The notes beneath the pieces were generated by a model that was not told the origin of the DNA, searched no databases, and was given only the letters and a program-made list of their open reading frames with translations. DNA of 43,527 nucleotides from Candidatus Bathyarchaeia archaeon (lineage in GTDB: Archaea > Thermoproteota > Bathyarchaeia > Bathyarchaeales > Bathycorpusculaceae): contig JBEKOM010000013.1 of the NCBI GenBank assembly GCA_049521795.1, positions 1-43,527 on the forward strand. The letters run 5' to 3'. Both the position numbers and the translations under genes were made by a program. Position 1 is the stretch's first letter; the number at the start of each line of letters is the position of its first letter. Below, piece by piece: positions 18,996-28,405 of this stretch.

Positions 18996-20150
18996 TCACA
19001 GTCGCCGTGGATAACGTTTCAAGGTGTCTCGCACTGCGTCAATGACATCCCACACGTCCTTTTCAGTCATCCTTGGGTATAAAGGCAATGAAACTTCTCT
19101 CTCAGAAACCCATTCAGTAACGGGAAAGTCTCCCTTTTTGAAGCCGAACTTCTCTTTGTAAAATGGTTGTAGATGTAAGGCCAAAAAGTGAACACTACAT
19201 GAAATGCCGTTCTTTGCCATTTGTTCGATGAATTTGGTCCTGTTGTGTTTCTTCAGAAGAATAGGATATAGATGGTAGGGATGCTTGACGTTCGTTCCCT
19301 CATATGGTGTTACAATGCCCTCTAGCTTGCTCAACTCATTGTTGTAGATTTTGGCATATTCTCTTCTAATGTTTATGAATTTGTCCAATTTCTTGATCTG
19401 ATGTATCCCCAAAGCTGCTGAGATATCAGTCATATTCTCTTTGAAGCCAGGCTCCTTGATCTCGTAGTACCAATTCCCTTTGGACGAATATCTCTTCCAT
19501 GCATCCTTGCTCATGCCATGCAAACGTAGACTCCTGAGCCTCTCTTTCAGTTCTTCATTGTTGGTCGTAACAGCTCCACCTTCACCAGTAGTAATGTTCT
19601 TGGTAGCGTAGAAACTGAAGCACGTTGAATCACTGAAAGTTCCAATCTTTCGGTTCTCATATTCGGCGCCTATTGCATGGGCGGCATCCTCGACAACCTT
19701 GAGGCCGGTTTTTTTGGCTATCCTATTGATGGCTTTCATGTTGCAGGGTTGTCCTGCATAGTGCACTGGAATAATTGCCTTGGTCTTCTTGGTTATGGCT
19801 TCTTCTATTTTGTCAGGGTTGATGTTGTATGTATCTGGTTCAATATCGATAAAAACTGGCTTTGCTCCAGCATGAATAATAACGTTGGCCGTGGCTGCAA
19901 AGGTGAATGGAGATGTTATGACTTCATCGCCTACTCCGATTCCGAGAGCAACAAGAGATAGGTGGAGGGCAGCAGTGCATGAACTTAGAGCGACTGCATG
20001 CTTCGCTTCTGTGTATTCCGCAAGCAGATCTTCGAACCTTTCAACTTTAGGGCCAAGCGTAAGCCATCCAGATCTTAGAGTTGCCGCTACTTCCTCCAGT
20101 TCTCTCCGGTCAATCCATGGTTGATTGTACGGTAAGAGTTTTCGCTTCAA
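18996..20150 (-). CDS. DegT/DnrJ/EryC1/StrS PLP-dependent sugar aminotransferase
   Basis: Motifs SSCTAALHL, PVHYAG, EDAAHA, SFYATKNITTGEGG. Confidence 0.96.
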   Translation of the reverse strand: MKRKLLPYNQPWIDRRELEEVAATLRSGWLTLGPKVERFEDLLAEYTEAKHAVALSSCTAALHLSLVALGIGVGDEVITSPFTFAATANVIIHAGAKPVFIDIEPDTYNINPDKIEEAITKKTKAIIPVHYAGQPCNMKAINRIAKKTGLKVVEDAAHAIGAEYENRKIGTFSDSTCFSFYATKNITTGEGGAVTTNNEELKERLRSLRLHGMSKDAWKRYSSKGNWYYEIKEPGFKENMTDISAALGIHQIKKLDKFINIRREYAKIYNNELSKLEGIVTPYEGTNVKHPYHLYPILLKKHNRTKFIEQMAKNGISCSVHFLALHLQPFYKEKFGFKKGDFPVTEWVSEREVSLPLYPRMTEKDVWDVIDAVRDTLKRYPRRL

Positions 20151-20374
20151 CGTTCCCTCAACCTGCTGTGATAGACGCTATGTGTGTTTTGTCCACTCTT
20201 CAAACCTAAAGTTCGCGCGCGCTTGAAATTCCTGTGGTTCAATAAACCACGTATGTTGCCTAGATTGCCGGTCATGAAGTTGTCCAGACAGAGTACAACG
20301 TGTCCTTCAGTAGCATATTTCTCGCACAAATAACTCCCGATGAAACCAGCCCCGCCGGTTATCATGATCTTCAT
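20147..20374 (-). pseudogene. NAD-dependent epimerase/decarboxylase reduced to 51 N-terminal codons and a short tail, joined at a (GC)n tract
   Basis: [14 protein letters not shown]...LDNFMTGN breaks off at the tract at 20214-20222. Confidence 0.85.
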
Positions 20375-20490
20375 GTTACATCCTTCTTCGACAGAATACT
20401 TATATGACTTTCGCGAATGCGCGCGCGCAGCCTATTCTTCGCATACTTGATTAGAGCGCGCGCTACTTTCTAGTCTCTGGGTGATTATGG

Positions 20491-21714
20491 TTGACGAAGA
20501 ATGCGTGTGTTTTATGCAGAGGTTGCCCAGAAAGTGCGATCGATTCTGCGCGAGTAGAGACCTTTCTGAAAATAAACGGGTGGAACATGGTCAGAGACAT
20601 AAAAGACGCTGATCTCATACTATTCAGAGCGTGCGGACTGACACAAGGACAGACTGAACAGTCCATTCAGGTAGTCAAAACGATCTATAGCGAGAAGAAA
20701 AGAACTGCTCGCGTCATAGTTTGGGGTTGTTTACCAAAAATCGATCCTGACGCTCTCAGAACAGTTTACGGGGGTGTCACGTTCGGCGAAAAAGAAATTT
20801 CGACACTGAATGAAATTCTACAAGCGAAAACGCCCATAGAAGAAGTCACTGCAAACCGCGTTAATCAGATTTTCACACCCAACAGGCATGGTCTGCGTGG
20901 TGGTCTAGCACGTGCCTTCGATAAGCTGCAAATTCCAACCATGGACACATTGTCACATGCTCACAGCATATTCCGAAGCAAGTCCATTTTCCAGATAAAG
21001 GTGTCAACTGGGTGCCTTGGAAATTGCAGCTATTGTTCTACGCGCATTTCGAGAGGAACGTTGAAAAGCAAGAGCATTGACAACATCCTCGGCGAATTCA
21101 GAAATGGGCTGAACAAAGGCTTCCGCTACTTCGGCCTGCTAGGCACCGAAGTCGGCGCATACGGAAGAGACTTAGGATACACGCTTGTGGATTTGCTTGC
21201 GGAAATGACGAAAGAAGGAGGCAACTACAAGATTGGTCTCAGAAATATCAATCCGTTTTATCTCAACGAAATGTTTGGGGAGCTCAGACCATTCTTCTCA
21301 AGAAGGAAAATCTGGTTCTTACTCTCTCCAGCTGAGTCTGGAAGCGACAGGATTCTAGAACTAATGTGTAGAAAATACAGGATTGAAGAGTTCAAGAGAT
21401 GTATCAAAACTATCAATGAGGAGTTTTCCGATATCTTTTTGAGAACCCAGCTGATGGTTGGTTTCCCAACGGAAACCGAGGAAGACTTTGAGAAGTCAGT
21501 GGATTTGCTGGACTATCTGAGATTCGACTGGGTCGAAGCGTACAAGTTTTCTCCTAGACCTGGAACTATCGCCGCCGAGATGGCTGATCAAATCCCTGAA
21601 AAAACGAAAGAAGATAGGTATCGTCGACTGCTTGTTAAGGCACTGATGCAACGCCCCCGCAAGAAAGTCAAGTATCTATTACAACATATATTGAACCTTG
21701 AAAAGCGAGTCTGA
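20491..21714 (+). CDS. Radical SAM methylthiotransferase-like protein (MiaB/MtaB family) without a TRAM domain
   Basis: N-terminal Cys triad (RGCPES, RACGLT, WGCL), CLGNCSYC, ESGSDRIL, MVGFPTETEEDF, FSPRPGT. Confidence 0.85.
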   Translation: MTKNACVLCRGCPESAIDSARVETFLKINGWNMVRDIKDADLILFRACGLTQGQTEQSIQVVKTIYSEKKRTARVIVWGCLPKIDPDALRTVYGGVTFGEKEISTLNEILQAKTPIEEVTANRVNQIFTPNRHGLRGGLARAFDKLQIPTMDTLSHAHSIFRSKSIFQIKVSTGCLGNCSYCSTRISRGTLKSKSIDNILGEFRNGLNKGFRYFGLLGTEVGAYGRDLGYTLVDLLAEMTKEGGNYKIGLRNINPFYLNEMFGELRPFFSRRKIWFLLSPAESGSDRILELMCRKYRIEEFKRCIKTINEEFSDIFLRTQLMVGFPTETEEDFEKSVDLLDYLRFDWVEAYKFSPRPGTIAAEMADQIPEKTKEDRYRRLLVKALMQRPRKKVKYLLQHILNLEKRV

Positions 21715-21973
21715 AGCACTAGCGCGAGCGGGCACTAACAAGAAACGGTGCTAAGGAGAACGCGGGGATCTTGGCGCGTGCGTCAATCCTGATATAACAA
21801 TAGGCCAAAATGTCCTACCAGACAAATTAACCAAAATCTAATTTGGGTTCGCCAGGCAGCCCCTAGATGCGAGCGCATGTTTCTGCTGAAGTAGCATGCG
21901 GCGAGTGTTTCTATCTGTGCGTTATGTTCATCGAGATCATCTTCCAAATAGATTCCAATAGCTTTGCTGAGAA

Positions 21974-24781
21974 GTGCGGAAATTGACTATTTCGAATATG
22001 GGACGCGAGGCGCGCGTTCTTGTGGCTGCGGGAACCCTCACGGTGAACAGTTCGCCAATCACAGGTATTGCAATCACAGTCGATGGGACTTCGTACACAA
22101 CTAACACTTCAGCAATCACGCTTTCAGTGGGAGCACATGCTGTCGTTGTTCCAGCGACCTTCACATCGGGCAGTGTGCTCTATGGATTCCTGCATTGGGA
22201 AGATAACTCGACAAGTCTTTCTAGAAGCGTCAGCGTAACGACAGGCGCAACGACGATTACCGCCACATATGGCGTTGTGATGCATAACCTTGTCGTGAGC
22301 AGTACGCCAGTCACTGGAATCCCGATAATAGTTGATGGCGCCGCATATACCACTAATACACCATCGATTTCGCTCCAAGAGGGAACACACACAGTCATCG
22401 TTCCAGCAAGGTTTACCTTAGGCACGACCATCTACGGCTTTGCGAGCTGGGAGGATGGCATCACTTCTACAACAAGGAGCGTCGTACTCAATGCGGACAA
22501 GAGCATAATCGCGACCTACGCTCTCGTTAACCATAATCTGACGGTAACGAGTACACCCATAACGGGAATACCCATCACAGTCGACGGAACGTCTCGTACG
22601 ACCAACAGTGTCGCCATCTCTCTAACAGAAGGCACTCATTCCATAGTCGTTCCACAAAGGGTTACAACGGGAACAAGTGTCTACCAATTCCAGCAGTGGG
22701 AAGACGCCTCTACGAGCCTGACGAGGAGCGTGTTCCTCACAGCAGACAAAACGGTCACGACTACCTATTTCTTGGTCACACACACCATCACCGTAAGCAA
22801 CACGCCCATAACGGGCATACCAATTACGGTTGCTGGAACAGCATACGTGACGAATACGGCGGCCATTGCTCTGCCTGAGGGCACCCACACGGTTATCGTT
22901 CCAGCCGCTTTCGTTTCGAAACCGACAACGTATGCGTTCCAGAAATGGGAAGACAACTCTACGAGCCTGAGGAGGAGCGTGTCGCTCACCGCAAATATGA
23001 CCCTGACGGCTACATACGTAGCGGTTCACCCAACTCTGACACTCGCCTCCAGTCCCACTGGTCTAGGTACGCTGACCGCTTCGCGTTCGCCACCATACGA
23101 TCTCAACGAGACCGTAGTCCTAAGCGCGACAGCCGTCGACCCAGTAAACTACACCTTCCTGAAATGGACGAAGGAAGACGGCTCTGCGCTCGCCACGACT
23201 GCATCGGCTTCCATAGTCATGGACACAAACCACACATTGACCGCCGTGTTCGGTAGCATAACCCACCCAAAGCTGACGCTACAGGTCAACCCCGCAGGAA
23301 GCGGAACAATCGCGACCGAGCAACCACCGTATGCCGTGGGTCAGGTCGTGCATGTAACAGCATCGCCAACAGGTGCCTATCAGTTGACAGGATGGTCCTT
23401 GGATGGGGGCACGTATGATGGCACGGCTGCATCAGTAACTGTCACGATGGATGTTAGCCATGTACTGACGGCACAGTTCACCCTGAAGACGCATAGCTTG
23501 AAGGTAAATTCCGTTCCTACAGGCGTCTCAATCACAATCGATAGGGCGTCTCACACTACCAACACCTCAGCGCTTACGCTACAGGAAGGTACCCACGCCA
23601 TAATAGTGCCAACATCGTTTGTCGCCGCGTCTGGCACGTACAACTTCCAACATTGGGAAAACAACTCCACGAGTACGACAAGGAATGTCTCGCTCACAGC
23701 GGACACGACCGTCACCGCTACGTATCAGTTAGCAACGCATAATCTGACCATGAACTCGACACCCATAACTGGCGTAGCAATAACGGTCAACGGAACGCCA
23801 TATGCAACGAATACTGCTGTTTCGCTACCTGTAGGTTCTTACACTGCCAGCGCACGGACCAGCGTAAGTAGCGGAGCATCTACCTACACCTTTCAGCATT
23901 GGGAGGACGACTCGACATCGGTATCAAGAACCATCAATCTGACGACTGATACGACGATAACGGCCACATATGTACCGACCATTCCGACGCATGGGTTGGC
24001 ACGTGCGCGAGAGACAAGACACGTTGGAGTCTATGCTCAACACTTAGTCCCGTACATATTTCTCGTATTCGGACTCGCGTCTCTGTTTTCATCGGCTTTT
24101 TACTCCTCGTACGTTCTGGCTTTTGTCGGCTTAAGTCTGACTTTTTGGGGAGCACTGTTCCTTTACGTGAAATCCACAAAATATGTGAAGCTAGACCTGC
24201 TCAACGCCGCGTCTTCTTCAGGTCCTTACAACATTGAAAGAATCCTAGCGACCACTAAAACGGGCCTAAGGGGAATATACCTTCCACCAAAAAACCTCCA
24301 AGACCACACGTCGAGCCTCGTGTTCATACCTACAGAGCCAAACTGGCCTCTTCCAACATCAGCGGAAACAAACCCGCAAAAACTGGAATCCAAAAACGCA
24401 ATGGGGATCCTCTTGACCCCTCCAGGGCTGGCACTTTCAAAACTCTTCGAGAAAGAACTCAAAAAACCATTCACAGAAACCAGCCTCGAAGACCTACAAA
24501 CCCAACTTCCAGAACTCTTCGACGAACTCCAAATAACCAAACACCTGACCATCCAACCCCAAGACAACCTCATCACAGTAACGATCACGAACCACGTTTT
24601 CGAAGACCTATGCAAAGAAACAGCCAAACTTGAACTCACACACAGAACAGTAGGCTGCCCATTGTCAAGTGCTCTCGCGTGCGCCTTTGCCAAGGCAACC
24701 GGAAAACCAATAATAATAGCAAGAGAAGAAACAGGTCCAGACGAGACAACAACCATAAAATACAAAGTACTAGAGGACTGA
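21974..24781 (+). CDS. Thr-rich beta-sandwich repeat protein fused to a TM-hairpin domain paralogous to 35917..36744
   Basis: Six ~80-aa repeats (S.P.TG..ITV.G...TN...F..WE...T..R...TATY) and two B-repeat-like units. The C-terminal LAFVGLSLTFWGALFLYVK, IYLPPK, LTPPG and AKATGKP motifs are shared with 35917. Confidence 0.8.
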   Translation: MRKLTISNMGREARVLVAAGTLTVNSSPITGIAITVDGTSYTTNTSAITLSVGAHAVVVPATFTSGSVLYGFLHWEDNSTSLSRSVSVTTGATTITATYGVVMHNLVVSSTPVTGIPIIVDGAAYTTNTPSISLQEGTHTVIVPARFTLGTTIYGFASWEDGITSTTRSVVLNADKSIIATYALVNHNLTVTSTPITGIPITVDGTSRTTNSVAISLTEGTHSIVVPQRVTTGTSVYQFQQWEDASTSLTRSVFLTADKTVTTTYFLVTHTITVSNTPITGIPITVAGTAYVTNTAAIALPEGTHTVIVPAAFVSKPTTYAFQKWEDNSTSLRRSVSLTANMTLTATYVAVHPTLTLASSPTGLGTLTASRSPPYDLNETVVLSATAVDPVNYTFLKWTKEDGSALATTASASIVMDTNHTLTAVFGSITHPKLTLQVNPAGSGTIATEQPPYAVGQVVHVTASPTGAYQLTGWSLDGGTYDGTAASVTVTMDVSHVLTAQFTLKTHSLKVNSVPTGVSITIDRASHTTNTSALTLQEGTHAIIVPTSFVAASGTYNFQHWENNSTSTTRNVSLTADTTVTATYQLATHNLTMNSTPITGVAITVNGTPYATNTAVSLPVGSYTASARTSVSSGASTYTFQHWEDDSTSVSRTINLTTDTTITATYVPTIPTHGLARARETRHVGVYAQHLVPYIFLVFGLASLFSSAFYSSYVLAFVGLSLTFWGALFLYVKSTKYVKLDLLNAASSSGPYNIERILATTKTGLRGIYLPPKNLQDHTSSLVFIPTEPNWPLPTSAETNPQKLESKNAMGILLTPPGLALSKLFEKELKKPFTETSLEDLQTQLPELFDELQITKHLTIQPQDNLITVTITNHVFEDLCKETAKLELTHRTVGCPLSSALACAFAKATGKPIIIAREETGPDETTTIKYKVLED

Positions 24782-24785
24782 GACA

Positions 24786-24998
24786 ATACAAATTCCTTTT
24801 GACCTCAACAACGTAAGCCTCTGGCTCGCAGTCACAGCCATAATACTCCTCATCACCGCGCAACTAGCATCCTCATACGACGGCCCAGCAACCCTGCTTC
24901 TAAACATAAAAAGACTGAAACAAGCCGCCATCATCCTAGGCCTCCTCTTCCTAGTAACCGTCGCCGTACAAATCTATCAGATAATAACCACTTCATAG
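24786..24998 (+). CDS. 70-aa two-TM protein paralogous to 36749..36961, ATA start, missed by the ORF track
   Basis: IQIPFDLNNVSLWLAVTAIILLITAQL...LLLNIKRLK...LFLVTVAV. Same 213-nt length and same 4-nt gap to the upstream gene as its paralogue. Confidence 0.75.
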   Translation: MQIPFDLNNVSLWLAVTAIILLITAQLASSYDGPATLLLNIKRLKQAAIILGLLFLVTVAVQIYQIITTS

Positions 24999-25041
24999 CT
25001 GCCCGCGCGGCTCATATTTTTTCTAGAATTTTCTTCACGAC

Positions 25042-25104
25042 TAGCGCGCATGCGTGTTCCCAAATTCGTTTGTGAGGTGGCCTGTGCTTCCGGCTTGGCT
25101 GACG
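25042..25104 (+). repeat. Solo left end of the MITE-like family
   Basis: TAGCGCGCATGCGTGTTCC is identical to 15424. The continuation resembles 39943 onward. Confidence 0.65.
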
Positions 25105-25189
25105 CCCGCGAAGTCTGCTATCCTATGTAGCGCGCGAAACTAAAAGTACCTTAAAACGATGGTAAAGCGCGCGCGCTAAAACTTAACAG

Positions 25190-25206
25190 CGTTAAACATA
25201 TAAACA
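25190..25206 (+). promoter_or_regulatory. Putative TATA box for a leaderless regulator transcript
   Basis: CATATAAA lies about 25-30 nt upstream of ATG 25229. Confidence 0.4.
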
Positions 25207-25228
25207 TTGTTCTCTCACATTATATACA

Positions 25229-25588
25229 ATGTCAAAGTTGAAGCCGCCATGCGTGGTCGTTGTCCAATATGTGCTGCCTGCGGTCAGAGTGTTGATAATG
25301 AGAGAACTCATGGAAAAATACGACATGCGGAAAACCGACGCGGCTGCAAAAATGAAGTTGACTCCCGCGGCGATAACACAGTACGTCAAAGGCGATAGGG
25401 GAGCGATGCTCGTGTCGGAAGTAACGAAATCTGAAGAAGCGATGGGAATTCTGTCAGAACTCTGCAAAGTCTTAGTGAAGGGCACTGCGCCTGAAGAGGC
25501 AGTTATAGAAAAGCTGTGCAAAGCCTGCATGACCTTGAGGTCGAAAGGAATTTGCTCATGCCCCAGTCTAAAGCGCACGCGCAGGTAA
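25229..25588 (+). CDS. Archaeal HTH transcriptional regulator (COG2522-like)
   Basis: PPC..VV..VLPAVR..I.REL, AAAKMKLTPAAITQYVKGDRG, C-terminal CxxC. Confidence 0.85.
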   Translation: MSKLKPPCVVVVQYVLPAVRVLIMRELMEKYDMRKTDAAAKMKLTPAAITQYVKGDRGAMLVSEVTKSEEAMGILSELCKVLVKGTAPEEAVIEKLCKACMTLRSKGICSCPSLKRTRR

Positions 25589-25594
25589 ATAGAA

Positions 25595-26167
25595 ATGGGT
25601 GAGCAATCTCGGTTCTGTCAGTATTATTATCTGGACATGGAAGAGAGCACCTTGCCTGACACTCGTTTGGCTCTGCGACTGCGGAGATATTGGTGGGCTC
25701 TGAAGAGGGAGATATGGCACTTTCAGGTTCTGGGTCCACGCGGGCTTGGGCCAAGAATACTCGCTTCAATAGGGCTGAGAAAATACGCGTCAAAAAGAAG
25801 GTTCGGGTGCATTGGTGGAAACGTTGAGGTCTTGGACTTGCAGCGTGACGAGTGGGTTGAAGTGCGATCGGCAAGGGAAATTTTCGCCACGCTGGACAGA
25901 CGAGATAAATTGAAGGGTTTGCGTTTCACTCCTGAAATGGCAAAGTTCTGTGGAAAGCGGTTTAAGGTCTACAAGAGACTCGACAAGATAATTCTAGAGG
26001 CAACGGGGGAACTGAGGAGGATAAAGACCCCCACCGTCTTGCTGGAAGGCGTGTTTTGTGACGGTGCGGCCCATGGAGAATGCGACAGATCTTGCTTCTG
26101 TTTCTGGAGAGAGCACTGGCTCAAAAGAGTGACTTCTCAGGTTTCATCAAGCAAGAGTTTGAGATGA
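25595..26167 (+). CDS. Conserved hypothetical protein with a Cys-rich C-terminal domain
   Basis: WVEVRS.REI.ATLD...GL.F.PEM..FCG...CDG..HG.C.RSC..FWRE.WL pattern, which I recall from polysaccharide loci. Confidence 0.7.
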   Translation: MGEQSRFCQYYYLDMEESTLPDTRLALRLRRYWWALKREIWHFQVLGPRGLGPRILASIGLRKYASKRRFGCIGGNVEVLDLQRDEWVEVRSAREIFATLDRRDKLKGLRFTPEMAKFCGKRFKVYKRLDKIILEATGELRRIKTPTVLLEGVFCDGAAHGECDRSCFCFWREHWLKRVTSQVSSSKSLR

Positions 26168-26171
26168 GAGC

Positions 26172-27221
26172 GTGATTGTAAAACATTCAAAGCCAATGAT
26201 CGATCAGGATGATATCAGAGCTGTGTCTGAGGTCTTGGCCTCAGGAAATATTGCGCTTGGTGAGAAGGTTGAGGAATTTGAAAATAAGCTTGCGCAGCTA
26301 ATTGGAGCTAAGCATGCTGTTGCATGTTCTTCAGGTACTTCAGCTCTTCATCTTGCGTTGTTGGGTTTGGGACTGGGCGTTGGGGATGAGGTTGTTGTCC
26401 CGAGTTACGTGTGTTCGTCGCCGTACCATGCAACCTTGCACGCTAGTGCCGTCCCTAAGGTTGTTGATGTCGACCTTTCAGATTTTAACGTGTGCGCTGA
26501 GACCGTAAAGCAGCAACTTTCCTCTAAGACAAAGGCGTTAATCGTACCTCACATTTTCGGTATGCCAGCCGAACTTGACAAACTGCTCGAGCTTGGTATT
26601 CCAATAATTGAAGATTGTGCTCAGTCGCTAGGAGCAGAGTATAAAGGTCGAAAAGTTGGATGCTGGGGGGAGCTGGCTATATTTTCGTTCTATGCCACGA
26701 AAATGATTACGACCGGCGAAGGTGGCATGGTGCTAACCAACAACAGCGAGTTTTACAGCAGGATGAATGATGCCAGAGACTGTGACAATAAACCACCGAT
26801 TCCGACGAGATACAACTACAAGATGACTGATTTTCAGGCATCTTTGGGTCTCAGTCAGTTGAAGAAGCTACAATGGTTTGTTGAGCGCAGGAGGCAGATT
26901 GCTTCCCTTTACACTGACAAATTTTCGCAGTATGATATTACAGTGCCGCGTGAATTTTCAGATAGGAAATCTGTATTTTTCAGGTATGTTGTTCTAGTTG
27001 AAAAGTTGGGTCATGTTCAGAAAAATGCAAAAGAGAGAGGTGTAATGTGCGAAAGACCCATCTGGAAACCTCTTCACAAGAGTCTGCCCGGCATCGCTTG
27101 TCCAAATTCTGATTACGCTTACGACCATGCTCTGTCCCTTCCACTCTATCCAAGCCTTTCAGAAGAAGAGGTTCAATACTTGGTGGAGAATTTGGAAATA
27201 ATCTTCAGAGAAATGAAATAG
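26172..27221 (+). CDS. DegT/DnrJ/EryC1/StrS sugar aminotransferase
   Basis: Motifs SSGTSALHL, EDCAQS, SFYATKMITTGEGG, YNYKMTD. Confidence 0.95.
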   Translation: MIVKHSKPMIDQDDIRAVSEVLASGNIALGEKVEEFENKLAQLIGAKHAVACSSGTSALHLALLGLGLGVGDEVVVPSYVCSSPYHATLHASAVPKVVDVDLSDFNVCAETVKQQLSSKTKALIVPHIFGMPAELDKLLELGIPIIEDCAQSLGAEYKGRKVGCWGELAIFSFYATKMITTGEGGMVLTNNSEFYSRMNDARDCDNKPPIPTRYNYKMTDFQASLGLSQLKKLQWFVERRRQIASLYTDKFSQYDITVPREFSDRKSVFFRYVVLVEKLGHVQKNAKERGVMCERPIWKPLHKSLPGIACPNSDYAYDHALSLPLYPSLSEEEVQYLVENLEIIFREMK

Positions 27222-27260
27222 TAAGCAAGCGATATACTAGCCCCTTAAAATTGTGACTAT

Positions 27261-27524
27261 GTGGCAGGAATTGAAGTTGAGCGTGCGCTAAGTCTTGAAA
27301 TAGCTAAAACACAATTCAAGGATTATAGCGCGCGCGTTCTATATGTGATAGCAATTCTGGTAAGCCTGCTAGCTATGAGCGTCGCGGACGCGCGCAGCAA
27401 AGTCATTTTCACATATCTTGGAGTGACCCTAATGATTATCGGTGTCTTCATGACTTTACCCCCCATTCTGGCTCTGACAGACACCGAGGAATTGCCTTCA
27501 GATAGTGCGGATATGACGGACTAA
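27261..27524 (+). CDS. Small two-TM hypothetical protein containing two in-frame (GC)n tracts
   Basis: Two hydrophobic helices, GTGA RBS-like sequence upstream, oligo-T run downstream. Confidence 0.5.
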   Translation: MAGIEVERALSLEIAKTQFKDYSARVLYVIAILVSLLAMSVADARSKVIFTYLGVTLMIIGVFMTLPPILALTDTEELPSDSADMTD

Positions 27525-27927
27525 ACAAGCGTGCGCTTCGCGCCCTTCTTTTTTCGTTTGACTCATTTCACAGTTTTTGAAGTTGTAAGGCGTGAAGCTT
27601 TACAGCCCTCAGAAAAGCTTACTGCGAGTTTGTAAGCTTTCCCATAATAACCTTACTTTTTACTTTCGCGCGCTTTCTTGGGTTATTAAATGGCTTAACC
27701 TTGTTGAGATTTTGAGTTGCGTGAGCTTCGGGCTTAAGCACTCTTGCCTCAAGCAACTTTTTTCCTGAGCGGTCAAGTCCCTTGAGTTTCGCGGGCGCTC
27801 AGGAGCCTTGAGGCCTTGAGTTGTGAAGAGCGGCCAAAAGTCTCTACGAGATAGAGGCACTTCTACGCTGTTTTCCCATTCTTTTCGAGCCGAGCCAGCG
27901 CGCGTTACTAGTAAAAACTTATTTCAC

Positions 27928-27999
27928 ATTCGAACGATTCGAACAATTCGAACAACGCGAACAATTCGAACAACGCGAACAATTCGAACAATTCGACCG
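27928..27999. repeat. Eight tandem 9-bp units, consensus ATTCGAACA
   Basis: Read directly: ATTCGAACG ATTCGAACA ATTCGAACA ACGCGAACA ATTCGAACA ACGCGAACA ATTCGAACA ATTCGACCG. Confidence 0.95.
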
Positions 28000-28128
28000 T
28001 GGGCGTACAAGAAGACCCAAAAGGCTTGGCAGACACCGCACACGCCCGTTCAGAAAGTGAACAGGATTGCAGTATTTTCCATTATTTCCGCTTTCTGCCG
28101 GTCTTGTTGATCTCCGTGTTTTCAGAGC

Positions 28129-28158
28129 ATTCAAACTATTCGAACGATTCGAACAATT
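28129..28158. repeat. Second block of about three units of the same 9-bp repeat
   Basis: ATTCAAACT ATTCGAACG ATTCGAACA ATT. Confidence 0.85.
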
Positions 28159-28405
28159 ACATGCACGGTCAAACTGGAGAAAGCTGTATTAGGCGAGGTT
28201 CCTAGATGTTGTTGGTGAAGTGAATGCGCGAGTTTTCGAGGCGCGCGCGCTGACAATGGCCCTACTTTTCCTCGCAACAATAGCTATACGCATCTATGAA
28301 ATAGTAATGTCAAAATAGGCAGGATGAGATGGCCAAGTAGCCAACGGGAGCCAACAGCCGCAAGAATGGCCACTAAAGAACTAAGCGCGCGCGTTTAGTG
28401 CTGTC

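Noticed and set aside
21974-24000. Diversity-generating retroelement template/variable repeats
   Set aside because: The repeats are diverged protein-domain repeats without adenine-specific differences, and no reverse transcriptase is present.
27928-28158. CRISPR array
   Set aside because: Units are 9 bp and contiguous with no unique spacers, and no cas genes are present.
27660-28205. ORFs 27660..27860, 27823..28110, 27919..28134 and 27999..28205
   Set aside because: Most are open mainly because of the 9-bp repeat, and none shows a protein-family signal.
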